A stretch of DNA of 32,000 bases from an uncultured Actinomycetota bacterium (GCA_963783945.1 CAWAPS010000005.1:444500-476499), one strand, 5' to 3'. Counted from the stretch's first letter, positions 8,504 through 16,777 are shown. Made by a program: numbers and translations. Notes: generated by a model not told the origin, from the sequence alone.

Positions 8504-9391
8504 ATGCCGGCCGTCACGCGGGCCGGGCTCATAGACCGGCCGGCGGCCAAACGGACGCTGCGGGGCGGTCCGGCCGGGGCCCGGCGGGTGCTGGTCCTGC
8601 TGGCAGTCATCGTGGCCGGGGCGGTGGCCGGCGGTGTGGCCCTCATCCAGGCCGCCTGGCACACGCCCACCACGCCGGCCGGCTGCCGGGTCCCGGCGCT
8701 CTCCGGTTCGGGTACCTTCAAACTGTCGACGGACCAAGCCCAGAATGCCACGATCATCGCCGCGGTGGCCTTCAAACTGGGCTTGCCCGACCACGCCGTC
8801 ACCGTCGGCCTGGCCACCGCCCTTCGGGAATCGCGCCTGGAGAACCTGACCTACGGGGACCTGGACTCGCTCGGGCTGTTCCAGCAGCGCCCGTCGCAGG
8901 GCTGGGGCACCCCGGCGCAGATCCTGGATCCGGTGTACGCCGCCACAGCCTTCTACCAGCACCTGGAGCGGGTGCCCGGCTGGGAGACCATGGCCGTCAC
9001 CGACGCCGCCCAGTCCGTCCAGCACAGCGCCACCCCGCTGGCCTACGCCCCCTACGAGACCGAGGCCCGAGCCGTGGCGGCGGCCCTGACCGGTGAGACG
9101 CCGGCCGCCTTCGACTGCCGGCTGGACGGTTTCTCCGGCGCCGCCCCAGCGGTGTCGGCCCTGCCCGCCGCCGCCGTCCGGGAGAGGGGCTCGACCCTGC
9201 TCGGGGCGCCGGTGAGCAGCCAGAAGGTGGGCTGGGCGCTGGCGTCGTGGGCGGTGGGCCACGCCTGGCGCTACCACGTGCAGGCGGTCACCTTCGGGAA
9301 CTGGCGGTGGACCGCGACCTCGGGCCGCTGGGTGAACACCCCGAGTGCGGTGGCCGCCTCGCCGGCCGTCCAAGTGGACTACGGGAGCTGA
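8504..9391 (+). CDS. conserved actinobacterial membrane-anchored protein of unknown function, with SLT-like motifs
   Basis: 295 aa with an N-terminal TM (VLVLLAVIVAGAVAGGVALI). The motif block is TALRESRLENLTYGDLDSLGLFQQRPSQGWGT ... AAQSVQHSATPLAYAPYE. The E-S ... GLFQQ pattern resembles lytic transglycosylase motifs. The start is uncertain (8504 ATG or an internal GTG). Confidence 0.7.
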   Translation: MPAVTRAGLIDRPAAKRTLRGGPAGARRVLVLLAVIVAGAVAGGVALIQAAWHTPTTPAGCRVPALSGSGTFKLSTDQAQNATIIAAVAFKLGLPDHAVTVGLATALRESRLENLTYGDLDSLGLFQQRPSQGWGTPAQILDPVYAATAFYQHLERVPGWETMAVTDAAQSVQHSATPLAYAPYETEARAVAAALTGETPAAFDCRLDGFSGAAPAVSALPAAAVRERGSTLLGAPVSSQKVGWALASWAVGHAWRYHVQAVTFGNWRWTATSGRWVNTPSAVAASPAVQVDYGS

Positions 9392-9528
9392 CCGGCCGGC
9401 GCCGATCTCCCCCGGGGGCGACCAGCCCGCGGCCACCTCGAACAGGATCTCCCTCCTGGTCGGCGTGGCTGTGCAGGCGGCTGCCGGGGACTAGGCCGCG
9501 AACCGGCCCGCAGATCAGCAGCCTGTCG

Positions 9529-9609
9529 AGCCGGGAACATATCGTCGGCATATCCAAAACCGCATACGTAGTGGCAACATCAGGTTGTCTTGACTTGGAG
9601 GCGTGACCT
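9529..9609 (+). promoter_or_regulatory. copy 2 of the duplicated van promoter-like block, upstream of vanH
   Basis: CATATCG (9540), CATATCC (9551) and CATACGT (9565), then TTGACT (9592). It has the same order and spacing as copy 1 and lies 116 nt upstream of the vanH ATG. Confidence 0.6.
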
Positions 9610-9725
9610 TCAGCCAACCAGCACCAACAGCAGCCTGCTGTGCCCGATCACTGGCGCCCTCGTCTTCATTGGCCGCATCCGACCACCATGGCGCACTTGG
9701 CGAGGCAGTCAGCGCCCCCCCGCGA

Positions 9726-10688
9726 ATGGGAGTCACCATCTATGGATGCGGGCAGGACGAGGCCGCCCTGTTCCGAGAGCTGGCGCCTCGCTTTGGCGTC
9801 GTGCCGACTGTCACCGACGCAGGGGTGTCTGCGGCCAATCTTGAGATCGCATCTGGAAATCGATGTATCAGCGTCGGACACAAGCACCGAATCACGAGCT
9901 CCATCCTCGTTGCGCTTCGCCAAGCCGGCGTGAGGTACATCTCGACGAGAAGCGTTGGGTACAACCACATCGACGTCGAGTGCGCGGAGAGCGTGGGGAT
10001 CTCCGTCGAGAACGTCTCCTATTCGCCCGACAGCGTCGCTGATTACACGCTGATGCTGATGCTCATGGCGGTGCGACATGCCAAGTCCACCGTCAGCCGT
10101 GCTCAGGCCCATGACTACCGATTGAACGACGTGCGTGGCAGAGAACTCCGCGATATGACCGTCGGCGTCGTCGGAACAGGACGCATCGGTGCAGCCGTCG
10201 TGGACCGACTGCGGGGCTTCGGCTGTCGCGTACTCGCCAATGACCGCTTTCCCAAGACCTCTGCCGAGTACGTGCCTCTCGATGAGCTGCTACAGCAGAG
10301 CGACATCGTCACGCTCCATACACCACTCAACGCGGACACCCACCATCTTCTGAATCGGCAACGGATCGAGCAGATGCGGCACGGCGCCTTCATCATCAAT
10401 ACCGGACGCGGTTCACTTCTCGATACAGACGCCCTTCTTGTCGGGCTGGAAGGCCGTCAACTCGGCGGGGCGGCGTTGGACGTCGTCGAAGGAGAGGAAG
10501 GCGTCTTCTACTCCGACCACAGACGGCAAACCATCGAAAGTCAACTGTTCCTGCGCCTGCAACGGTTGCCGAACGTGCTCATCACGCCGCACACCGCCTA
10601 CTACACAGATCACGCGCTGCACGACATCGTGGAATTGACGCTCATCAACTGCCTACGGGTTGAAAGACGAGCGGCATGGGTCGCTTGA
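9726..10688 (+). CDS. vanH: D-lactate dehydrogenase / D-specific 2-hydroxyacid dehydrogenase VanH
   Basis: Begins MGVTIYGCGQDEAALFRELAPRFGV. Contains YSPDSVADYTLMLMLMAVR, the NAD motif VGVVGTGRIGAAV, INTGRG and PNVLITPHTAYYT. It appears colinear with enterococcal VanH from memory. The 3' end overlaps the vanA start. Confidence 0.9.
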   Translation: MGVTIYGCGQDEAALFRELAPRFGVVPTVTDAGVSAANLEIASGNRCISVGHKHRITSSILVALRQAGVRYISTRSVGYNHIDVECAESVGISVENVSYSPDSVADYTLMLMLMAVRHAKSTVSRAQAHDYRLNDVRGRELRDMTVGVVGTGRIGAAVVDRLRGFGCRVLANDRFPKTSAEYVPLDELLQQSDIVTLHTPLNADTHHLLNRQRIEQMRHGAFIINTGRGSLLDTDALLVGLEGRQLGGAALDVVEGEEGVFYSDHRRQTIESQLFLRLQRLPNVLITPHTAYYTDHALHDIVELTLINCLRVERRAAWVA

Positions 10689-11710
10689 AGATCGCGATCC
10701 TCTTCGGAGGGACTTCCGAAGAGCATCCCATCTCCGTCAAATCTACGCAGGAGGTCGCAAGGCACCTCGACCTCGACAAGTACGAGCCGTTCTACATCGG
10801 GATCACGAGAGGTGGTGCCTGGCAGTTGTGTGACGGCCCAGACGCAGATTGGGAAACCCGCCGTTGCCCCCCGGCGATGTTGTCACCGGACAGAAGTGTG
10901 CACGGATTGCTCGTCCGCGAGCAAGGACAGTACAGAACGATCCCCCTGGACGTGGTGTTTCCCGTCCTGCACGGCAAACTTGGTGAGGATGGCGCAATGC
11001 AGGGCTTGTTGGAGCTCACCGGCATCCCCTACGTAGGCTGCGACGTCCAAAGCTCTGCGCTGTGCATGGACAAATCCCTTGCGTATGTCGTCGCGGGCAA
11101 CGTGGGGATTGCTACGCCGAGGTTCTGGACCGTCGCCGCGAACGGGCATGGTGATCCCGGTCGGCTGACATATCCCGTCTTCGTCAAGCCCGCTCGCTCC
11201 GGTTCATCGTTCGGGGTCAGCAAAGTGTGGCGAATGGAAGAACTCCCGAGCGCCGTGCAAGCCGCAAGGCAATACGACACAAAGGTGTTGATCGAAGAGG
11301 CGGTCGTCGGTAGCGAGGTGGGATGCGCGATCTCCGGGAACGAAGCGGAACTGATAGCGGGCGAGCCAGATCGAATTGTTCTGTCCCATGGGTTCTTCAG
11401 AATCCATCAGGAAGATCAGCCGGAAAACGGTTCCGAGAACGCCACATTTGTCGTGCCGGCCGACATCTCGGCAGAAGTGCGTCAGCTCATTCAGGAGACA
11501 GCAACAACCATCTATCGCGCCTTGGGATGCAGGGGACTGGCTCGAGTGGACCTGTTCCTGAAGGAAGACGGCGAGCTAGTACTCAACGAGGTCAACACGT
11601 TGCCGGGTCTGACCTCGTACAGTCGCTATCCGAGAATGATGGCAGCCGCCGGACTGTCGCTTGCCGAAGTGATCGACCGGATCGTGTCGTTGGCATTGAG
11701 CGGAAAGTGA
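10676..11710 (+). CDS. vanA: D-alanine--(R)-lactate ligase, VanA/VanB type
   Basis: MGRLKIAILFGGTSEEHPISVKS, KPARSGSSFGV, EVGCAI and the VanA-diagnostic FRIHQE...ENGSENA segment, followed by EVNTLPGLTSYSRYPRMMAAAG. Confidence 0.92.
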   Translation: MGRLKIAILFGGTSEEHPISVKSTQEVARHLDLDKYEPFYIGITRGGAWQLCDGPDADWETRRCPPAMLSPDRSVHGLLVREQGQYRTIPLDVVFPVLHGKLGEDGAMQGLLELTGIPYVGCDVQSSALCMDKSLAYVVAGNVGIATPRFWTVAANGHGDPGRLTYPVFVKPARSGSSFGVSKVWRMEELPSAVQAARQYDTKVLIEEAVVGSEVGCAISGNEAELIAGEPDRIVLSHGFFRIHQEDQPENGSENATFVVPADISAEVRQLIQETATTIYRALGCRGLARVDLFLKEDGELVLNEVNTLPGLTSYSRYPRMMAAAGLSLAEVIDRIVSLALSGK

Positions 11711-11712
11711 CG

Positions 11713-12321
11713 ATGCACGACGACTTTGTCTTTGTCGATGAGGTGATACCCGGCACACGTTGGGACGCGAAGTACGCCACCTGGGACAACTTCACCGGCA
11801 AGCCGGTGGATGGGTATCTAGCAAACCGCATCGTCGGCTCGCGAGCGTTGTGTGCCGCCCTGGAAGTGGTGCGAGACCGCGCCACGTCCCTTGGCTTCGG
11901 CTTGCTGATTTGGGATGGGTACCGCCCGCAGCCCGCCGTAGACTGCTTTCTTCGCTGGTCGGAACAGCCCGAGGATGGCCAGACGAAGCCACGGCACTAT
12001 CCGAACATCGACAGATCCGAGATGTTCGAGAAGGGATATGTGGCCGCCAAGTCAGGTCACAGTCGGGGCAGTTCCGTCGACTTGACGCTCTACCAGTTGG
12101 CAACCGGTGAACTTGCTCCGATGGGCAGTCGCCATGACCTAATGGATCCAGTCTCACACCATGGTGCTGAGGGAATCACGCAGTGCGAAGCGAGAAACCG
12201 ACAAGTCCTCTGCTCGATGATGGAGGCCAGCGGCTTTCATCGATACGACTGTGAGTGGTGGCATTATACCCTCAGCGAGGAACCGTATCCGGACACCTAT
12301 TTCGATTTCCCCATCGTCTAG
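11713..12321 (+). CDS. vanX: D-Ala-D-Ala dipeptidase VanX
   Basis: ATG 2 nt after the vanA stop. Contains RWDAKYATWDNFTGKPVDGY, WDGYRP, the zinc-site SGHSRGSSVDLTL, EWWHY and YFDFP. Confidence 0.9.
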   Translation: MHDDFVFVDEVIPGTRWDAKYATWDNFTGKPVDGYLANRIVGSRALCAALEVVRDRATSLGFGLLIWDGYRPQPAVDCFLRWSEQPEDGQTKPRHYPNIDRSEMFEKGYVAAKSGHSRGSSVDLTLYQLATGELAPMGSRHDLMDPVSHHGAEGITQCEARNRQVLCSMMEASGFHRYDCEWWHYTLSEEPYPDTYFDFPIV

Positions 12322-12483
12322 TTAAGTTAGTTCAGTTCGCCAAGGAATGGGAGACGGGGTGGGACGTCAGAAGACCATGATCAACGGGGTGTCCGCCGTC
12401 CTCCCCGCCATCACCCCACAATCCGCTGATCCCGGTTCCCCCGGCTTGTTGCGCTCGGTGACGTCTTCTCCCGGTTCTTGTAG

Positions 12484-13053
12484 TTCGCAGCTGCCCTAGC
12501 TGCGGCCCGGCTGATCATCGACGCGCAGGACTCCCCAGTCGTGCTTGTCGGCCACTCCTACGGCGGCGCCGTCATCAGCGAGGCAGGAACCGACCAGAAG
12601 GTGGCGGCCCTGGTCTACATCTGCGCGTTCGCGCCGGACAGGGACGAGTCGGTCAACACGCTTATCGCCGGTTTCCCGGCCGACGGGCCGCAGCCGCCGA
12701 TCCTGCCGCCCCGGGACGGCTTCCTGTTCCTGGACCGGAACAAATTCCACGCATCCTTCGCCGCCGACGTACCTGCCGACTTGGCCGCGTTCATGGCCGA
12801 CTCGCAGGTCCCATGGGGCCTGGAGGCCCTCGGCGGCCCGGTCACCGACCCCGCGTGGCGGACGAAGCCGAGCTGGTACATGGTCACGGCCGACGACCGA
12901 ATGATCCCTCCGACGGCCCAACGCACCATGTCCCAGCGGGCTGGGTCGACCGTGGTGGAGGTGGCGGCCAGTCACTCCGTTTACGTATCGCAACCGGCCG
13001 CCGTGGCGGACCTCATCAAGCAGGCCGCGTCCGCGGTCGCCGCGCAGCAGTAG
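12484..13053 (+). pseudogene. alpha/beta hydrolase lacking its 5' portion
   Basis: The frame opens only after a TAG at 12481-12483. The sequence starts mid-domain (LAAARLIIDAQDSPVVLVGHSYGG, the nucleophile elbow). The oxyanion-loop region expected about 60-70 aa upstream is absent, and no start codon or RBS precedes it. Confidence 0.65.
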
Positions 13054-13238
13054 TCGCGGAACCTGACCTTCCTGTTTCCGGGGCAGGGGCGGCGGCCAAG
13101 CCATCCAGTTCAGCCGTCGGGTCGTGGGCCGTCGGCCTGGCTCGTACGAGCCGGCTTCGCGCCGCGCAACCCGGAGTGGGACTGCGGTCGGCGTGGGCTG
13201 GATGCCACCGACCCGCAAGTTGGCAAGCTCAGCGGCTT

Positions 13239-13544
13239 ATGGACCGACTGAGGGGATGCACGCGCCGCCTCGACGAGGTGCACGTCTTCGAGCGCTTTGA
13301 TGAACGCGTCGGCGCAGCTGAGTTCGGGACCTACTTCATCGGTTACGCTCGCAACCTCGAGGTGATTGAGAAGATGATAAAGAACATGTTCATCAGCAAA
13401 TGGCCCGGCAATTACGACCGGATCCTCGACTGCTCGATGCCGCTCACCGGCAACCTGTTCTTCGTTCCCACCGCCGATTTCCCTCGACGACCAACCCCAA
13501 TCGCGGCTATCGCAGCCGGCGTCGATCGCATCAGGAGGAGCTAG
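13239..13544 (+). pseudogene. C-terminal fragment of a DyP-type peroxidase
   Basis: EFGTYFIGYARNLEVIEKMIKNMFISKWPGNYDRILDCSMPLTGNLFFVPTADF matches the conserved C-terminal block of B-type DyPs. About 200 upstream residues are missing. Confidence 0.5.
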
Positions 13545-13600
13545 ACGAGTGAACTCCACCGTCGCTCCATCCGATCGCAGCACCGCCACCACGAGAGGAC

Positions 13601-13837
13601 ATGTACATGCCAGCACCGCAGACCAGCTTCGACGCCGACATCAAGCCTCTGTTCCGGGAAAAGGACCGCGATTCCATGCGCAGGGCGTTTGATCTGTGGT
13701 CCTACGCCGACGTCCAGACCCACGCTGCCGCCATCGCCGAACGCTTAAAGAACGGCTCCATGCCGTGCGACGGTGCGTGGCCTCCAGAACGGGTCGAGTT
13801 GTTCGAGCGCTGGGTCGAGCAAGGCAAGCCGGAGTAG
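13601..13837 (+). CDS. small conserved hypothetical protein (78 aa)
   Basis: GAGAGGA lies upstream of the ATG. The sequence is globular-looking (DIKPLFREKDRDSMRRAFDLWSYADVQTHAAAIAERLKNGSMPCDGAWPPERVELFERWV). Confidence 0.55.
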   Translation: MYMPAPQTSFDADIKPLFREKDRDSMRRAFDLWSYADVQTHAAAIAERLKNGSMPCDGAWPPERVELFERWVEQGKPE

Positions 13838-14243
13838 GTGAACCGCGCGTGACTGGAACGGGGCCGAGAGCCGGGCGCACTCGCAGCCATAGCCCAGTGC
13901 TAGGCCCGCGGAGGGGCAGATGCTGAGCATTACGGCCTTCGGGGGCCACCGGGCGGGGCACATGATGAACCACGATCGGGCCAACGAGGCACTCAGACCG
14001 TACATAGGGTCTGTTACGTGGACCGGGCAGGGCCCTTGCGAGCCGTCGATGGTGATTGTCCCCTAAGGACGTTCTCGCTGGCGGGTCGGCGGGTCCTCAA
14101 CGTGGCGCTCCGGGCGACGCCACCGAGCCGGCGACTGATGCGTCACCTCAGCAGCTGGGGGCACATCGGCGACTAACTCTCGCCCAAACTGTGATGTCTC
14201 AGTGTTTATGATAAATAATTGTAGTTAACTGTGGTATCAGCTG

Positions 14244-14558
14244 TCAAGTGGTCCTGCTCGTCGGGCTGGATTGAGCCTTGTTTTCGACGAGTACGTCCAG
14301 GACCTCACCGATGCTTCGTTCCCGGCCAACGGCTTCTCGCAGGGGCAGGTGGGTTTGGATCTGGTAGCGGTTGCGACGCCCGTCGGTGTCTTTGTCTTTG
14401 AGCACATAGCCCGCCGTGGTCAGGTCGGTCACGATCGCGTAGGCGCTGCGCTCGGTGATGCCCACCGAGGCGGCTATGTCGCGCAGACGCACCCCGGGGT
14501 CATGAGCGATGCAGACCAGAACTCGGGCATGGTTGGTGAGAAAGGTCCACTCTGACAT
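14244..14558 (-). CDS. winged helix-turn-helix transcriptional regulator (MarR/ArsR-like, 104 aa)
   Basis: LTNHARVLVCIAHDPGVRLRDIAASVGITERSAYAIVTDLTTAGYVLKDKDTDGRRNRYQI. The gene is flanked on both sides by AT-rich DNA. Confidence 0.75.
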   Translation of the reverse strand: MSEWTFLTNHARVLVCIAHDPGVRLRDIAASVGITERSAYAIVTDLTTAGYVLKDKDTDGRRNRYQIQTHLPLREAVGRERSIGEVLDVLVENKAQSSPTSRTT

Positions 14559-14568
14559 TGTTCTTGAG

Positions 14569-14617
14569 CCTAGCTGAATAATTCTAGAAATGGGTTACTA
14601 GTATCGGAGAACTAGAG
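14569..14617. promoter_or_regulatory. array of four CTAG-centred palindromic motifs upstream of the wHTH gene
   Basis: CCTAGC (14569-14574), TTCTAGAA (14582-14589), TACTAGTA (14596-14603) and AACTAGAG (14610-14617), with centres about 14 bp apart. Confidence 0.35.
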
Positions 14618-14951
14618 TATGGTTAGTTGCGACGTTCGAGGCACGGCGGTCGCAGACCGCTAGCTGTTCGAGGGTCAACGAAAGGATCCGACCATGTTGA
14701 TGCGATTCGAACCGTTCCGTATCGTGTGGCCGACCGAGGCCACGGCCAGTTCGGCCGTCGAGGCCACCGTCCTCGGCTGAACATCCGCTTCTCGCCTCGG
14801 CGACGCGACCACTTAGGAGCTCGCATCGTCGGTAGGTGAGCGGCGGGCAGGCGAATAAGGAGGGGTAGCCCGGCCCCTCCACTGCGCTCGCCTGGTTTTG
14901 CGGCCGCGGTGGCAGAAAAGACCTAACCACTTGAGGCGAAGGAGAACATAA

Positions 14952-15332
14952 ATGGCCGAAGATCAGGAACAACACCAGGCGAAATGGAGTGTCGCCGAAT
15001 GGCACGGCAGGATGCTCGTTGATTCCGACGGCGAGAAGATCGGCAAGCTGCAAGACGTCTATGTCGATGTAGAGAACGACGAGCCCCAATTCGCGACGGT
15101 CAAGGAGGGTTTTTTTGGCCGCCATTTGACCTTCGTGCCGTTGAGGGGGATTCAGATCGGTCCCGACGACCTGCAAGTCAAAGCGACCAAGGAGCAGGTC
15201 CGGTCCGCGCCCGACATCGAGATGCACGGCGACGAACTCTCCCAGGCCGACGAGTCGGCCCTATATCACCACTTCCAACAGAACTACACACCGCCAGAAA
15301 CCGATAGCGGCCGGCGCTTGGCCCGCCGCTGA
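14952..15332 (+). CDS. PRC-barrel domain protein
   Basis: AAGGAGAA lies before the ATG. GRMLVDSDGEKIGKLQDVYVDVENDEPQFATVKEGFFGRHLTFVPL is typical of actinobacterial PRC-barrel stress proteins. Confidence 0.8.
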   Translation: MAEDQEQHQAKWSVAEWHGRMLVDSDGEKIGKLQDVYVDVENDEPQFATVKEGFFGRHLTFVPLRGIQIGPDDLQVKATKEQVRSAPDIEMHGDELSQADESALYHHFQQNYTPPETDSGRRLARR

Positions 15333-15402
15333 AACATCGCCGAGGTTATCGATGAGCGGGTATCCCGGCCCGCCTGTTCCCAGTCGAGAAAAGGACTGAC
15401 CC

Positions 15403-15933
15403 ATGAACACCCAATTATCAGCATCGGCCGGTGTGGCGCTCGGCGCCTCCGAGATGGACCCCCTCGCAGAGATAGACGATCTCATGCAGAAACGGCGCGA
15501 CGATCAGCAGAGTTCAGCCAGCCAGGGCGCTCGACTCACTGCTGACCGTTTGGAGTTCTCTGCTCAGTTCGCCAGGGTCTGCCAAGAGCAGGTTCGCCCC
15601 GCCATGGACGGGATCCTCGAGCGCCTCCGAAGTAACGGAGGCGGGGGGATCATCGAGGAACACCCCGCGGATTTCCGGTATCAGAACCACCGCCTTGTCA
15701 TGTGGATGTCGCTCGAGGGCGAGATCGTCGGCGCGCCCCGCCAGGACCGCCACCCCTATCTCCAACTCGACGCCGATGTGGCCAAGCGCGACGTGGCGGT
15801 GTCGGAAGGCGACATGTGGCACGGTCACGGTGGGAACAGCAGCGGGAAGATCGGCGAATGGCAGCTCTCTGAGATCACCACCACCCGAGTTACCGAGGAG
15901 ATCCTGGCTATCCTCCGCCGAGCCGTCCAGTAG
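15403..15933 (+). CDS. hypothetical protein (176 aa)
   Basis: AAAGGA lies before the ATG. GC3 is high. No domain recognised. Confidence 0.6.
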   Translation: MNTQLSASAGVALGASEMDPLAEIDDLMQKRRDDQQSSASQGARLTADRLEFSAQFARVCQEQVRPAMDGILERLRSNGGGGIIEEHPADFRYQNHRLVMWMSLEGEIVGAPRQDRHPYLQLDADVAKRDVAVSEGDMWHGHGGNSSGKIGEWQLSEITTTRVTEEILAILRRAVQ

Positions 15934-16021
15934 GTCCTTCCCGCTGTCACCACTTTGAAGACGGGAGGCGGACGTGACCGGCCACGGGCCGTGAGAGACG
16001 CTGATTTGCCCACCCCGTCCC

Positions 16022-16777
16022 CTACGGCGTGGGCGGCCGGAGTGAGCCGGTTTGTGGGCTCTGACCCGTGTCGACGAGGGCTTGGGCCACGTCGCGGATT
16101 CTGGTGTTGAGGTGTTGGGACGCTCGGCGCAGGATCTCGTAGGCCTGGTCGGCGGTGATGTGTTCGCGCTCCATCAGGATCCCTTGGGCCTGGCCGATCA
16201 TCTCCCGGGTGGCCAGCGCCCCCTGGATGGTGTCGCGCATCTCGTCTTCGTGAGCCTCGGCCGCGGTGAGGGCCAGGCCGGCCATGGCCGCGAGGATCAC
16301 GCCCTTGGCCCGGTCCAAAGCGCCGAAAGCGCGGGGATAGTGGGCGTAGAGAATGAGGGCGGCGCCCCGACTGGCGTCGTCGGATAGGCGCAACGCCAGG
16401 GCGCTGCGCACCCCCGCCTTGGCTGCGTCGGGCCCGAAGGACACCCAGCGGGGATCGTCGGCCAGGTCCTCGGCGTAGACCGTTCCGCCTTGATTGATGG
16501 CGTCGAGGCCGGGGCCCTCCCCGGCCTGGTGCTGGACCACGTCGACTCCGGCCGCCACCGAGTCGGTCCCCACCGGGGTGGCAGCGCTGTTGGTGTCGAT
16601 GACGAAGATGCTGGCAAAGTCACAGCCGTCGATGGTCTCCACCGCCAGGTCCACCACCGCTCGCAAGGTGTCAGCGGGGTTGCCGGCCGAGAACAGGGCC
16701 TGGGCCGTCTCCGAGAAGCTGGCCGTGAGCTCCGAACTGCGGTCGTCCGCGCTGGTGGGATGCTCGCCAGTAGTCAT
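16022..16777 (-). CDS. GAF-ANTAR domain RNA-binding regulator
   Basis: Internal ATG at 16777 preceded by GAGGA. GAF-like core, then ANTAR helices (ALATREMIGQAQGILMEREHITADQAYEILRRASQHLNTRIRDVAQALV). Confidence 0.85.
   Translation of the reverse strand: MTTGEHPTSADDRSSELTASFSETAQALFSAGNPADTLRAVVDLAVETIDGCDFASIFVIDTNSAATPVGTDSVAAGVDVVQHQAGEGPGLDAINQGGTVYAEDLADDPRWVSFGPDAAKAGVRSALALRLSDDASRGAALILYAHYPRAFGALDRAKGVILAAMAGLALTAAEAHEDEMRDTIQGALATREMIGQAQGILMEREHITADQAYEILRRASQHLNTRIRDVAQALVDTGQSPQTGSLRPPTP

Noticed and set aside
8414-9436. 340-aa minus-strand ORF antisense to the 8504..9391 gene. Similar long antisense ORFs occur at 26657..27778, 18163..19086, 27567..28343 and 26089..26973.
   Set aside because: Their composition is Gly/Arg/Pro-rich with no recognisable motifs. 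Each is antisense to a gene with clear family motifs. They are classic high-GC shadow frames.
9603-9725. GTG at 9603 as the vanH start, and ATG at 7728 as the vanR start
   Set aside because: Both would add non-homologous N-terminal extensions lying over the duplicated promoter block. GGAGGC directly abuts the GTG at 9603, so the spacing is too short for a Shine-Dalgarno. VanH and VanR homology begins at 9726 and at 7683/7677 respectively.
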